A stretch of 40,790 nucleotides of DNA, taken from UHGV virus genome UHGV-0115898, one strand, 5' to 3'. Origin of the DNA: a virus. Below are positions 40,382 through 40,790 of this stretch, in pieces; position 1 is the first letter of the stretch; each line of letters begins with the position of its first letter. Position numbers and translations under genes: made by a program. The notes under the pieces are model-generated. The model saw only the letters and a list, made by a program, of their open reading frames with translations. It had not been told where the DNA came from and did no database searches.

Positions 40382-40740
40382 CTCGCATCCCTAAATACAA
40401 TTAACTTTGAATAGACGAAACCGCACACCAGGCTGATGGCGGAGAAAGTGATAAGGGTGACCATTGGGGGAAGTGCACATCTATCAGCAGCCCACCCGAC
40501 GACAACACTCAGGGTTCCCATGAATCCCACGTATAACATGTAGCGCATCGTTGTAGTCGATGCTTTGAATGTGAATCTTGCATTCGCGAAGAAGCTAAAG
40601 CTCACAGCTACTATGAAACCTGCGAAGTTTGCCAGAGCCTGATTGGTATGCGCTGCATAGATACATACACCAAAAACCACCCAGTGTATAAGTGTGTTTA
40701 GCACACCAATCGAGGTGTACTTTGCAAATAGCTTTAACAT
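40378..40740 (-). CDS. gtrA: GtrA flippase-like small membrane protein (120 aa)
   Basis: Four predicted TM segments, 120 aa, immediately upstream of and overlapping gtrB. Confidence 0.88.
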   Translation of the reverse strand: MLKLFAKYTSIGVLNTLIHWVVFGVCIYAAHTNQALANFAGFIVAVSFSFFANARFTFKASTTTMRYMLYVGFMGTLSVVVGWAADRCALPPMVTLITFSAISLVCGFVYSKLIVFRDAR

Positions 40741-40790
40741 TTCTTCTATCAGCTAATAATCAAAGGCATGAAGTCTATCATCCAAGTCTC

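Noticed and set aside
1-40790. tRNA or rRNA genes, including a tRNA at the integration site
   Set aside because: No cloverleaf-like conserved tRNA features were seen; the integration module is lambda-type, which does not target a tRNA. Not verified computationally.

Overview
The window reads as a nearly complete mosaic lambdoid prophage (about 40.7 kb), running from the int-proximal attachment arm to a gtrABC serotype-conversion operon. All calls rest on reading the supplied ORF translations and the DNA by eye against remembered lambda and P22-family proteins; no searches or computations were run. Left third (minus strand): lambda-type int/xis, an accessory early-left operon (Lar-like anti-restriction protein, DUF550-like pyrophosphohydrolase, several unknown genes), a DnaQ-like exonuclease, SSB, a Rad52/Erf-type annealing protein, cIII and N with nutL. 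Centre: a chimeric CI repressor and Cro with their own operators, lambda-type nutR and cII, an O-like initiator with an in-gene iteron origin, a primase-helicase, a lambda-like nin region (NinB, Dam-type methyltransferase, NinE/F/G/H, Ser/Thr phosphatase), Q, pR'-tR' and the S/R/Rz/Rz1 lysis cassette. Right half (plus strand): a P22/Sf6/HK620-like virion module (small and large terminase, portal, scaffold, coat, gp4, gp10, tail needle, gp14, ejection proteins gp7/gp20/gp16), a P22-type immI region (mnt, arc, ant), a tailspike, and gtrCBA on the minus strand. The best candidate for something undescribed is an AT-rich two-gene insertion translationally coupled to mnt (33122-34241), in the position P22 uses for sieA. 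No rRNA, tRNA or CRISPR array was seen.
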